Shown: positions 8,922 to 18,177, counted from the stretch's first letter. The stretch: DNA of 27,828 bases from Armatimonadia bacterium (GCA_039683575.1 JBDKRC010000254.1:1-27828), one strand, 5' to 3'. The notes: generated by a model not told the origin, from the sequence alone. Made by a program: numbers and translations.

Positions 8922-9930
8922 ACGGTACGTCAACCCCACGAGCATCGCGGTAGTGGTGGCAACGGCAGTTGGATTGGTGTTGCTGGGGATAGTGGCGATC
9001 TACAACGCAGAGCTGCGGCCTGTTAGCCGGGACACCAGCACGAAGCTGGTGGAGATCCCGCGAATGGGCGTGCGGCAGGTGGCCAGGCGCCTCAAGCAGG
9101 AAGGCGTGATCCGCAACGCGCTGGCGTTCCGGATGCTGGCCAAGACCAGCGCCGCCCTGAACAAGTGCCCCGCCCCCAAAGCCGGGTTTTATGACCTCAG
9201 TCCCAGCATGTCCTCGGAGGAAATCCTGCAGAGGATCTGCGCAGGCAAGGTAGCACGGCGGAAGGTGACGTTCCCCGAGGGTTTCACCGTGGAGCAGATG
9301 GCGGAGCGGGTTGAGGAAGATCTGAAGCTGCCGGCGGCTGATTTCATGGTGGGGGCTACCGGAGCACGGGTAAAGCGTGGCGTGGCCTTCCCGCTGCCCA
9401 AGGGATCGCTCGAAGGTTATCTGTTCCCCGCGACCTACAGCTTCCCCGTGGGTGAGAAGTCGGAGCTCTTGGCCAGTGACATGGTGGCCGCCTTCAATGA
9501 CCGCTTTGCGGTGCCGTATGCCGCTGAGATACGCAAAAGCAAGTTCTCGGTGCATGAACTGGTGACCCTGGCTTCGTTGGTAGAGCGGGAAGCGCGGGTG
9601 CCCTCGGAGCGCCCCCTCATCGCTGGCGTCATGGTCAACCGGCTGCAGAAGAAGATGCGGCTGCAGGTGGACGCGAGCGTGCAGTACGCGCTTGGCAAAC
9701 ATAAGTCGCGGCTGCTCTACCGGGACCTGAAAGTCGATTCTCCATACAACACCTACCTGCATGCGGGGTTGCCGCCAGGGCCGATCTGCAACCCGGGGTT
9801 GGATTGCCTGAAAGCAGCGCTACGGCCAGCCAAGACGCCGTATCTGTTCTACGTGGCACGGGCGAATGGGCGCCATGTGTTCACAAAGACGTACCAGGAG
9901 CATCTGGGGGCGGTGCGGGCGGTCAGGTGA
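8896..9930 (+). CDS. mltG: Endolytic murein transglycosylase MltG (YceG family)
   Basis: N-terminal TM, TFPEG, LEGYLFPATY, LASLVERE, DSPYNTY, GLPPGPICNPG. Confidence 0.95.
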   Translation: MRRSNKNSKRYVNPTSIAVVVATAVGLVLLGIVAIYNAELRPVSRDTSTKLVEIPRMGVRQVARRLKQEGVIRNALAFRMLAKTSAALNKCPAPKAGFYDLSPSMSSEEILQRICAGKVARRKVTFPEGFTVEQMAERVEEDLKLPAADFMVGATGARVKRGVAFPLPKGSLEGYLFPATYSFPVGEKSELLASDMVAAFNDRFAVPYAAEIRKSKFSVHELVTLASLVEREARVPSERPLIAGVMVNRLQKKMRLQVDASVQYALGKHKSRLLYRDLKVDSPYNTYLHAGLPPGPICNPGLDCLKAALRPAKTPYLFYVARANGRHVFTKTYQEHLGAVRAVR

Positions 9931-9987
9931 GATCGGGGGCAGTGCCCCGTCCCACAGGGACAGACACCGCGAGCTTAAGGTCTATTC

Positions 9988-10524
9988 ATGCTGAGGAACT
10001 GCAAGCCGGACATTATCGTGGACCGAATGGAAGATCTGGACCAGGATGAGCTGTGGAACAGTGGCATTCGCGGCCTGATCTTTGATCTGGACAATACCTT
10101 GTGTCCATACCACAGCAGCGAGATCACACCCGAGCGGATGGAATGGCTGCAGCGAGCCAGATCCCGGTTCAAAATGTGCATCCTGTCCAACACGTTCAAG
10201 TACAGGCGGCTGCGCCGAGTTGGGGACAAGATTGGTATCCCGGGCATCGGGCGCTGGCTGTGCGGCCGCAAGCCCGGTCGCGGGGGAGTCAGTGACGCAC
10301 TGAAGATCATGGGGACAAAGCCCGAAGAGAGCGCGATAATCGGCGACCAGGTCTTTGCGGATGTGCTGGCGGGGAACAGGTCAGGCTTGACCACGATCTT
10401 GATGCGGCGGCTCGATCCGTGCGAGTTCATCACCACCAAGATGATTCGTGGCATAGAGCGGGTAGTGTTGCGCCGCGTGGGCTGTGAGGTGCCGGAGCCT
10501 TGCACGGTGACAGGTAATGAGTGA
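9988..10524 (+). CDS. yqeG: YqeG family HAD IIIA phosphatase
   Basis: FDLDNTL, LSN, KP, IGDQVFADVLAGNRSG; adjacent to aroE as in Bacillus. Confidence 0.88.
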   Translation: MLRNCKPDIIVDRMEDLDQDELWNSGIRGLIFDLDNTLCPYHSSEITPERMEWLQRARSRFKMCILSNTFKYRRLRRVGDKIGIPGIGRWLCGRKPGRGGVSDALKIMGTKPEESAIIGDQVFADVLAGNRSGLTTILMRRLDPCEFITTKMIRGIERVVLRRVGCEVPEPCTVTGNE

Positions 10525-11413
10525 AATCATGACCTGCAAAGGAATTGACGGGGAGACGCGGGTAGTGGGGGTAATCGGGTGGCCCGTACGGCACAGCCTG
10601 TCCCCGCCGATGCACAACGCAGCGTTCGAGGTCCTGGGGTTGAACTGGGTGTACGTGCCCTTTGCAGTGGCTCCGGACCAGGTTGCGGCGACTGTTCAGG
10701 CGGTCCGGGCGCTGGACCTGGTAGGGCTGAATGTCACCATCCCGCACAAACTGGCGGTGTTGCCGCTTCTGGATGAAGTGAGTGCGGAGGCACGGGCCCT
10801 CGGAGCCGTGAACACTATCATCAATGATGAGGGAACGCTTCGGGGACGTAACACCGACGGCGAGGGCTTTCTGCGGTCACTGAGGGAGATCGGCGGGGAC
10901 GTTTCGGGCAGGCGGGTAGCCCTGATTGGTGCCGGAGGCAGCGCACGCGCCGTGGCGCTGGCGGCGGCAAAGGCACATGTAGAGCAGTTGACTATCATCA
11001 ACAGAACACTTGAGAAGGCCGAAGTGGTGGCGGAGATGGTGCGGGCCGCGCAGCCAGGGGCGCCTGTGGAGGTGCTGGGGCTTGAGGCCAAAGAGGCTGA
11101 GAGAGCGGTGCGAGAGGCGCAGGTGGTAATAGACAGCACCGCTGTGGGGATGTATCCACACCATGAGACGGCGCCGGTGATACCGGTGGAGTGGTTGCAC
11201 AGGGAACAAACTGTGTGCGACCTAACTTATAATCCTCGTGAGACAGTGTTACTGAGTGCGGCGAAGGCTGTGGGGGCGCGAACGCTGGACGGGACGGGCA
11301 TGCTGGTACACCAGGGGGCTCTGGCGCTGGAGTACTGGACTGGCAAGAAAGCGCCGGTCGAGGTGATGCGGGAGGCGTTGCTGGCAGGTTTGGCGAAGCG
11401 TTCAGCTGGGTAG
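10517..11413 (+). CDS. aroE: Shikimate dehydrogenase
   Basis: HSLSPPMHN, GLNVTIPHK, GAVNT, NTDGEG, GAGGSA, DLTYNP, MLVHQG. Confidence 0.97.
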   Translation: MSEIMTCKGIDGETRVVGVIGWPVRHSLSPPMHNAAFEVLGLNWVYVPFAVAPDQVAATVQAVRALDLVGLNVTIPHKLAVLPLLDEVSAEARALGAVNTIINDEGTLRGRNTDGEGFLRSLREIGGDVSGRRVALIGAGGSARAVALAAAKAHVEQLTIINRTLEKAEVVAEMVRAAQPGAPVEVLGLEAKEAERAVREAQVVIDSTAVGMYPHHETAPVIPVEWLHREQTVCDLTYNPRETVLLSAAKAVGARTLDGTGMLVHQGALALEYWTGKKAPVEVMREALLAGLAKRSAG

Positions 11414-11414
11414 A
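11385..11414 (+). promoter_or_regulatory. Putative SigB/SigF-dependent promoter of the pilB operon (overlaps the aroE stop)
   Basis: CAGGTTT-N16-GGGTAGA, matching GTTT-N15-17-GGGTA; identical boxes recur at 17173-17202. Confidence 0.6.
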
Positions 11415-11545
11415 ATAAGAGGTGCCGGGGCCCGCACGGGCGTCGGTTGTTAGCGTGCCCCCGAGGGTGTGACAGTCGTGAATGCGGTTGAAAAGGCGGA
11501 GAGGAGGGCCTGAGACAGGGCTGTGGCGGCACGGGACGCGATTGC

Positions 11546-11575
11546 TTGACACCCCTTTTTGGCGTGGACTATAAT
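11546..11575 (+). promoter_or_regulatory. Consensus sigma70 promoter of the pilB operon
   Basis: TTGACA(11546-51)-N18-TATAAT(11570-75). Confidence 0.75.
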
Positions 11576-11634
11576 CGCCACTTAGTACCACTGTTTCTTC
11601 TTCACGTTCACGCGACGTTATGAGGTGCTGCCAC

Positions 11635-13485
11635 ATGCGCAGAAGCGGGCGCAAACTTATTGGCCAGTTGCTGCTTGAAAAGGGTCTTGTTACCCAGGAG
11701 CAATTGGATCAGGCGCTGGAAGCTCAGAAGCAAAGCACTCAGATGATTGGGGAAATCCTGGTTGACCTGGGCTACGTCCAGCGGCAGCCGGTGTTTGAGG
11801 CACTGGCTGAACAACAGAGGGTTCCCTTCGTTGACCTCAGCAGTCAAGCCCCAGACCCCAAAGTCTCGACACTACTCGATAAGGACACCGCCAAGCGCCT
11901 GAAGGCGTTGCCGGTGGCGCGCGGTGATGGCACGATTCGCGTGGCCATGGCCGAGCCGGAAGACGTCATGGCGCATGACGACCTCAAAATGCGTCTGCAG
12001 GTGCCCATCGAGGCCATGCTGGCGGACCCGGCGGAGCTGAACAAAGCCATTGAGCGGGCGTTCAAGGACGGCGCCGGCGGAGCTGCGGCGTCAGCAACGG
12101 CTCAGGCGGTTCCCTCGGCACCGCGGCAGCGTCCGCAGGTGGGCGCCCCCGCGGCGGCCAAGACCGCCGGTGACAAGTTCGGCATGGGCGAGATGGAAGC
12201 GCTGGCGGCGACCCTTAAGGACGATGGTATGCTGGCGTCCCAGGGCGAGGACGAGGACGCCGAGCAGCGGATTGAGACGGACCGCATCGCCGACGTCGCC
12301 GATGAGGCGCCGATTATTCGCATCGCCAAGGTTGTCATCCAGAAAGCAGTTACCGAGCGCGCGAGCGACATTCACATCGAGCCGGCGCGCAATGGCGTCC
12401 GGGTACGATACCGCATTGACGGCATATTGCACGAAGTAATGCGCCTGCCGAAGTATGTACATGCGCCGCTGCTTTCGCGCTTCAAGATCATGTCCGGAAT
12501 GAACATCGCCGAGCGGCGTGTGCCGCAGGACGGGCGTATCCACATCCGGCATGCCTCCAAGGACTACGACCTGCGCGCCTCGGTCATCCCCACCACCAAT
12601 GGCGAGAAGGCCGTTATGCGTATCCTGGACAAGAGCTCCATCCAGGTGGGTCTGGAGCAGCTTGGCTTGCAGCCGAGCATGCAGGCCCGCGTGGAGAAGC
12701 TAATCGTCCAGCCGAACGGCATGATCCTGTCCACGGGGCCGACGGGTAGCGGCAAGACCACGACCCAGTACTCCATTCTCAACCGCATCAACTCGGTTGA
12801 GACGAATATCATCACGATTGAGGACCCGGTTGAGTACGAGCTTGAGGGTATCTCACAGGTTCACGTGAACCGTAAAGCCGGTTTGACATTCGCAGTGGCG
12901 CTGAAGTACTTCCTGCGCCAGGACCCGGATATCATCCTGGTTGGTGAAATCCGTGACCTTGAGACGTCAGAAATCGCGGTACAGGCCGCTCTGACCGGTC
13001 ACTTGGTGCTCTCGACGCTGCACACGAACGACGCTCCGTCAACGGTTACGCGTATGGTTGACATGGGCGTGGAGCCGTTCCTGATCGCGTCCTCGATCAT
13101 CGCTTCCATGTCACAGCGTCTGGCGCGGCGTATCTGCCAGGAGTGCAAGGAAGAGTACACTCCGCGCAAGGACCTGCTACTGGGGTTCGGGTTTGATCCT
13201 GATGCTCCGGAGAACCGCGAGCAGAAGTTCTACCGTGGCGTCGGCTGCGACAACTGCCGCTTCACGGGCTATCGCGGGCGTGTGGGCATCTATGAGCTGA
13301 TGGAGATGAACCAGGAAATCGCCGAGTTGATCGTTAAGCGCGCTTCGGCCGGCCAGATCAAGGAGGCCGCCCTGGCGGCCGGAATGACCACCCTATCCAA
13401 GGATGGCTTCGAGAAGGCCAAGATGGGCCTCACCAACCCCGACGACTTGGTCCGCGTAGTATTCACGGCTGGTGGGATGGCGTAG
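11635..13485 (+). CDS. pilB: Type IV pilus extension ATPase PilB (GspE/PulE family) with N-terminal MshEN domain
   Basis: GAGGTG RBS; MshEN-like N-terminus; ASDIHIEP, ERRVPQDGR, GPTGSGKT, LRQDPDIILVGEIRD, tetracysteine CQEC/CDNC. Confidence 0.93.
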   Translation: MRRSGRKLIGQLLLEKGLVTQEQLDQALEAQKQSTQMIGEILVDLGYVQRQPVFEALAEQQRVPFVDLSSQAPDPKVSTLLDKDTAKRLKALPVARGDGTIRVAMAEPEDVMAHDDLKMRLQVPIEAMLADPAELNKAIERAFKDGAGGAAASATAQAVPSAPRQRPQVGAPAAAKTAGDKFGMGEMEALAATLKDDGMLASQGEDEDAEQRIETDRIADVADEAPIIRIAKVVIQKAVTERASDIHIEPARNGVRVRYRIDGILHEVMRLPKYVHAPLLSRFKIMSGMNIAERRVPQDGRIHIRHASKDYDLRASVIPTTNGEKAVMRILDKSSIQVGLEQLGLQPSMQARVEKLIVQPNGMILSTGPTGSGKTTTQYSILNRINSVETNIITIEDPVEYELEGISQVHVNRKAGLTFAVALKYFLRQDPDIILVGEIRDLETSEIAVQAALTGHLVLSTLHTNDAPSTVTRMVDMGVEPFLIASSIIASMSQRLARRICQECKEEYTPRKDLLLGFGFDPDAPENREQKFYRGVGCDNCRFTGYRGRVGIYELMEMNQEIAELIVKRASAGQIKEAALAAGMTTLSKDGFEKAKMGLTNPDDLVRVVFTAGGMA

Positions 13486-13542
13486 AGTCCGCTATCGCGG
13501 GTAATGGTTGGACGCATCGACCTATGAACAAGAGGAACAACA

Positions 13543-14721
13543 ATGGTACAAAACGGCTCCGGTCCGGTTAATCCTGCCAATGGCCAGCCTGCAGCGCCCG
13601 CGGGCGTCCCGCAGCGACGCACGGCGGCAGCGGCGGTGCAGCGAGCGCCGATTGAGGACGTGCATATTGATGAGCTGCTGGAGACCGTGGTTGAGAACAA
13701 TGCCTCTGACCTGCACATGTGCGCTGGGCTGCCGCCCGTCATGCGCGTGGATGGCGAGCTCAAGGCGATGCGATATACGCCGCTGACGGCCGAAGTGTCG
13801 CAGCGGATGATCTACGATATCCTTACCGACGACCAGATCCAGAGATTTGAGACGGACCTCGAACTTGACTGTTCGTACCAGCTCCGCAAGATTGCCCGGT
13901 TCCGCGTTAATGTGTTCAAAGATCGTGGAACAATCGCGACTGCACTTCGTTTGATTCCCACAAAGATCCCCACGATTCAGCAACTGGGTCTTCCGCCGGT
14001 GATTGAGAAACTGGCGCAGCGGCCGCGAGGATTGCTCCTGGTAACGGGACCGACCGGCAGCGGGAAGTCCACGACCCTCGCCTCCATGATCAACCAGATC
14101 AACACGGAGCGGGCTGAGCACATCATCACTATCGAAGACCCGATCGAGTACCTGCACGTGCACAAGAAGTGCATCATCAACCAGCGCGAGGTGGGGCAGG
14201 ATACACATGCCTTCCAAAATGCGCTCCGCGCAGTCCTGCGTGAAGACCCCGATGCCCTACTGGTAGGTGAGATGCGCGACCTTGAGACAATCAAGCTCGC
14301 CATCACTTGTGCGGAAACCGGTCACTTGGTTATGGGAACCCTGCACACCAACAGTGCCGCCGAGTCTGTAGACCGCATCATTGACGTATTCCCGGCAGAT
14401 GAGCAGGAGCAGATCCGCGTACAGCTCTCCAACAATCTGATCGGCGTGCTCTCGCAGCAACTGCTGCCGCGGGCCGGACAGCCCGGGCGTGTAGCGGCTA
14501 TCGAGGTCATGGTGGCGAACTCAGCCATTCGGAACCTCATTCGCGAAAACAAAGCGCACCAGATGACGTCGATGATCCAGACCGGCGCCCAGGACGGCAT
14601 GCAGACGATGGACCAGGCTCTGCGTGACTTGGTGCAGCAGAGCCTCGTAACCTATGAAGTGGCGATGCAACGGGCTCAGAACCCGCAGGAACTTGACAAG
14701 CTGTTGGCGGGCGACGGCTAG
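13543..14721 (+). CDS. pilT: Type IV pilus retraction ATPase PilT
   Basis: ASDLH, RFRVN, GPTGSGKST, LREDPD..GEMRD, AIRNLIRE motif, GMQTMDQ. Confidence 0.96.
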   Translation: MVQNGSGPVNPANGQPAAPAGVPQRRTAAAAVQRAPIEDVHIDELLETVVENNASDLHMCAGLPPVMRVDGELKAMRYTPLTAEVSQRMIYDILTDDQIQRFETDLELDCSYQLRKIARFRVNVFKDRGTIATALRLIPTKIPTIQQLGLPPVIEKLAQRPRGLLLVTGPTGSGKSTTLASMINQINTERAEHIITIEDPIEYLHVHKKCIINQREVGQDTHAFQNALRAVLREDPDALLVGEMRDLETIKLAITCAETGHLVMGTLHTNSAAESVDRIIDVFPADEQEQIRVQLSNNLIGVLSQQLLPRAGQPGRVAAIEVMVANSAIRNLIRENKAHQMTSMIQTGAQDGMQTMDQALRDLVQQSLVTYEVAMQRAQNPQELDKLLAGDG

Positions 14722-14774
14722 CAGGCGTTGGGGCGCAGCGGGGGGAAAGCCGTTGAGGCATGAAAGGAGGCATC

Positions 14775-16013
14775 ATGGCCACCTTTGCTTATGTTGCCAA
14801 AGACAAGACTGGTAAGGAAGTCAAGGGCACACAGGATGCGTCCAACAAGGACGCGCTGATCAAAAACCTGCGGGCCAAGGGGCTGATGGTCGCTTCCGTA
14901 ACCGAAGAGAAGGCTGTGGCCAAGGCCAAGCAGAAGGGCGCCGGCGGCTTTCGGCTGTTTGGCGGCAAGGTCAACCTGAAGGACCTGTCGGTCTTTTGTC
15001 GCCAGTTCGCCACGATGATCAATGCTGGTGTGTCCCTGGTGCGGTGTCTGGACGTTTTGGAGCAGCAGACCACCAGTGCGCGGTTGAAGGAGATCATCCG
15101 CGATATTGAACAGGAAGTGCAGGGAGGCGCTACGCTTTCCCGCTCGATGTCCAAATTCCCGACCGTTTTCACGAACCTGACGACCGGTCTCGTTCGCGCC
15201 GGTGAGGTAGGCGGTGTGCTGGACGAAACCCTCGAACGTCTGGCGGGCTTCCTCGAGAACGACATGGCGCTGCGCCGCAAGGTGAAGTCGGCCATGACCT
15301 ACCCGGTGCTCGTCATGATCATGGCCGTCGGGATCGTGACCTTCCTGGTCACCTTCATCCTGCCCAAGTTCATCCAGATGTTCAAGGACTTGGGCATGAC
15401 CGACGACAAGTTCCCGATGCCTACCCTGATATTGATGAAGATTAGCAACTTTGCCACCAGCAAGTGGTATATCATGGTTGGCCTTATCGTCGCCAGCACC
15501 ATCGCGATCAACCGTATCAAAGCCACGAAGACCGGTAAACGGTACTTCGACATCTTCAAGCTCAAAGCGCCGGTCTTCGGCAGGCTGAACCACATGATCG
15601 CTATCGCGCGCTTTGCGCGTACGTTCTCGACGCTTCTGTCCTCTGGGGTGCCTATCCTGCAGGCCATGGAGACAGTGGCCGGAACCGTAGACAACGACAT
15701 AATCTCTGATGCCATTCTGATGTCCCGCGCCGCCATCCGCGAGGGTGACACCATCGCTGACCCGCTCAGCGCAAGCAAGATGTTCCCGCCCATGGTCGTG
15801 CAGATGATCACCATCGGCGAGGAGACCGGTCAGCTCGACTCCATGCTTTCGAAGGTTGCAGACTTCTACGAAAGCGAAGTGGATGCCACGCTTGAGAGCC
15901 TTACCGCCGCCCTGGAGCCGTTGCTGATCGTCGGTCTCGGCGGCGTTGTCGGTTTCATCGTAATCGCCATGTTCATGCCGCTGATCGCCATCATCGGTGA
16001 GCTGTCCGGCTAA
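14775..16013 (+). CDS. pilC: Type IV pilus platform protein PilC (GspF family)
   Basis: AAGGAGG RBS; FCRQFATMINAG, AGEVGGVLD, KVKSAMTYP, GEETGQLD, LEPLLIV. Confidence 0.95.
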   Translation: MATFAYVAKDKTGKEVKGTQDASNKDALIKNLRAKGLMVASVTEEKAVAKAKQKGAGGFRLFGGKVNLKDLSVFCRQFATMINAGVSLVRCLDVLEQQTTSARLKEIIRDIEQEVQGGATLSRSMSKFPTVFTNLTTGLVRAGEVGGVLDETLERLAGFLENDMALRRKVKSAMTYPVLVMIMAVGIVTFLVTFILPKFIQMFKDLGMTDDKFPMPTLILMKISNFATSKWYIMVGLIVASTIAINRIKATKTGKRYFDIFKLKAPVFGRLNHMIAIARFARTFSTLLSSGVPILQAMETVAGTVDNDIISDAILMSRAAIREGDTIADPLSASKMFPPMVVQMITIGEETGQLDSMLSKVADFYESEVDATLESLTAALEPLLIVGLGGVVGFIVIAMFMPLIAIIGELSG

Positions 16014-16044
16014 GGCCGGGGGCGCGAGTGGCGCAGTGAATTAC

Positions 16045-16111
16045 GCGGGAGGGGCTTGCAGCCCCCGATTGTCCTGGAGCGGTGCAGTCGTGGGTTTCAA
16101 GCCCCTCCTGC
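16045..16111. repeat. Imperfect inverted repeat, REP-doublet-like
   Basis: GCGGGAGGGGCTTGCAGCCCCCGATTG ... CAGTCGTGGGTTTCAAGCCCCTCCTGC; each arm is itself partly palindromic. Confidence 0.6.
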
Positions 16112-16188
16112 ATTTGAGGGCGGCGGCCTGCTGACGACGCGGCATGGTCCCGGCTCCTCCTACGGCTTGTACAGACTAAGGTGCGGTA

Positions 16189-17040
16189 ATGGTTGAGGGA
16201 CAGCAGGCGTTGGTCTTGGGCGTGTTCCTGTTTGTCCTTGGTGCGGCTATCGGCAGCTTTCTTAACGTGGTTATATATCGGCTTCCCCGTGCGGAATCGA
16301 TTGCCTATCCCCCTTCCCACTGTTTCAGTTGCGGCGCTCGCCTGACTGTCGTTGATCTCTTCCCCATTCTCTCGTATGTGCTGCTGCGGGGACGTTGCCG
16401 GCATTGCGGCCGGGGGTTCAGTCCCCGCTATGCGCTCGTTGAGGCGGCGTGCGGCGTCCTGGCCGTGGCCTGCGGCACGATTTTCGGGCTCACTTTGTAC
16501 GCGGCGGCCATGTTCGTGGTCTGTTTGTGCCTGATAGCCGTATTCTTCATTGACCTCGACTACATGATCATCCCCGACGAGTTCGTGGTAATCATCGCGG
16601 TGATCGGCTTTGTGGCGGACGCTTCAAGACTTGTGGCGACCCAGGGCAGGGATGCGATCACATTTAGCGAATGGTTAGGACCAACAGCCTACAATGTATA
16701 CCTGCCTCGCTCGGTGGTGGGCTTCTTCCTCGGAGCTGGACTGCTGCTGTTTCTGGGCTGGATCTTCGAGAAGGCCATGGGCAAGCCGAGCATGGGTGGG
16801 GGAGATGTGAAGCTGGCAGGGGCCATGGGGACGCTGCTGGGGCCTGGCTACCTGTTCCTGTCGTATTTCCTCATAGCAGTGATCGCCGGGGCGGTGATTG
16901 GGCTGGCCGTAATGGCGCTGCGGCTGCGCGGCCGGCGGGACTATATCCCCTTTGGACCAATGCTGGCGATGTCCGGCATTGCGATGCTGCTTTGGGGTGA
17001 CGTAATAGGGCCGTGGGTGATCGGGCGATTTACCGCCTGA
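16189..17040 (+). CDS. pilD: Prepilin peptidase/N-methyltransferase (A24)
   Basis: GSFLNVVIYRLP, zinc sites CFSC/CRHC, catalytic aspartates in IDL and MGGGDVKL, IPFGP. Confidence 0.95.
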   Translation: MVEGQQALVLGVFLFVLGAAIGSFLNVVIYRLPRAESIAYPPSHCFSCGARLTVVDLFPILSYVLLRGRCRHCGRGFSPRYALVEAACGVLAVACGTIFGLTLYAAAMFVVCLCLIAVFFIDLDYMIIPDEFVVIIAVIGFVADASRLVATQGRDAITFSEWLGPTAYNVYLPRSVVGFFLGAGLLLFLGWIFEKAMGKPSMGGGDVKLAGAMGTLLGPGYLFLSYFLIAVIAGAVIGLAVMALRLRGRRDYIPFGPMLAMSGIAMLLWGDVIGPWVIGRFTA

Positions 17041-17172
17041 GCATCCCTTGATGATGATTAGCCCCCCGCCTTGCGGGTTATACTACGAACATGCCCCCGG
17101 GGTTGGCGCGAGGGCTGGCGTGCGGGCCGACAGCAAAAGAAGGCTTGAGGCTGTTGCGTTCGCGCAGCCTCA

Positions 17173-17202
17173 CAGGTTTAGGATACGGCGCATAAGGGTA
17201 GA
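17173..17202 (+). promoter_or_regulatory. Putative SigB/SigF-dependent promoter of the pilin cluster
   Basis: CAGGTTT-N16-GGGTAGA (equivalent to GTTTAG-N14-GGGTAG) in an intergenic region. Confidence 0.65.
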
Positions 17203-17335
17203 GAACTAACGTCATATGATTCTCCACCCAACGCCACGAATGACGCACTTAAGGGAAGGGTTTCGAACCGGTTGGGCTCGAAATCCCGCAGTGCCGTATA
17301 CCGGGAGGAGTACGATAAAGGTGTCGAGGCAACTC

Positions 17336-18130
17336 ATGAAGCCGCTGCGCAATGCGAAAAAAGGGTTCACACTGGTTGAACTCCTGGTCGTCATCGGGAT
17401 CATTGCCATTCTGATGGCGATTTTGTTCCCGGTGTTCCAGACCGTTCGGGAGAAGGCCCGGCAGGCGAAATGCCAGGCAAACCTCCACCAGATCGCGGTT
17501 GCGCTGAAGGAATTCCGGGCCGATCACGGCCACTATCCGCCCGCTCCCTATTGGGACTCCGTCAACAACAAGTACGCTGGCGGCATCAGCGATCTTTACC
17601 CGGATTACATCAAGGAGAAGGACTTGTTCCTCTGCCCTGACGACCGGCAGATTGACGGGGTTGAGAAGCAGGCGAAGGACCGGATCTACAGCAGCTACAA
17701 TGGCTGGGTAGCCGATCCGGGTACCTCGTGGGACTTTGAGACCGTGGACGCGACCCGTCCTGACACCGACGCGACTGTCAACGGCCCCAAGCGGACCTAC
17801 AACTACTACGCCTTCAGTGAAGAAGGCTGGGACGCGTTTAACGACACAGACTGGCCGTACGTGAAGCCGACGCTCACTCTGCCGGCGTGGCTGCGCAACG
17901 AGAAGTTGCGCTGGCGACACTACCCGGCGCTGTGGAATCGCAGCGCGCCGGACAACACCATCATCGTCCACTGCGTCCACCATCGGTCGCATTTCAAGAA
18001 GGACACGGACAAGATGGATGCGATCGTGACGATTGGCGGCTCTGCGAAGATGGTGAATGTCAGCCAGATGAGCCATCATGACACGTCCGATGCGGCTGAC
18101 GTGTCGCAGTGGGTGAAGCAGTCTGATTAG
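17336..18130 (+). CDS. Type IV prepilin-like protein (DUF1559-like N-terminus); candidate major pilin
   Basis: KKG|FTLVELLVVIGIIAILMAILFPVF..REKARQAKC..NL, LFLCPDD. An alternative GTG start lies at 17321, after GGGAGGAG. Confidence 0.88.
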   Translation: MKPLRNAKKGFTLVELLVVIGIIAILMAILFPVFQTVREKARQAKCQANLHQIAVALKEFRADHGHYPPAPYWDSVNNKYAGGISDLYPDYIKEKDLFLCPDDRQIDGVEKQAKDRIYSSYNGWVADPGTSWDFETVDATRPDTDATVNGPKRTYNYYAFSEEGWDAFNDTDWPYVKPTLTLPAWLRNEKLRWRHYPALWNRSAPDNTIIVHCVHHRSHFKKDTDKMDAIVTIGGSAKMVNVSQMSHHDTSDAADVSQWVKQSD

Positions 18131-18139
18131 GCGCCCACG

Positions 18140-18177
18140 GGCAAACCCGAAACGCTGATCTGTTTCGGTGAGTTGCC
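18140..18177 (+). other. Intergenic hairpin after the first pilin gene
   Basis: GGCAA..CCGAAAC / GTTTCGG..TTGCC; no T-tract. Confidence 0.45.

Noticed and set aside
13479-13504. GGGTAA upstream of pilT as a third SigB-type promoter
   Set aside because: No GTTT at the required spacing
11635-17040. Type II secretion system interpretation
   Set aside because: PilT with the AIRNLIRE motif and the pilB-pilT-pilC order indicate a type IVa pilus
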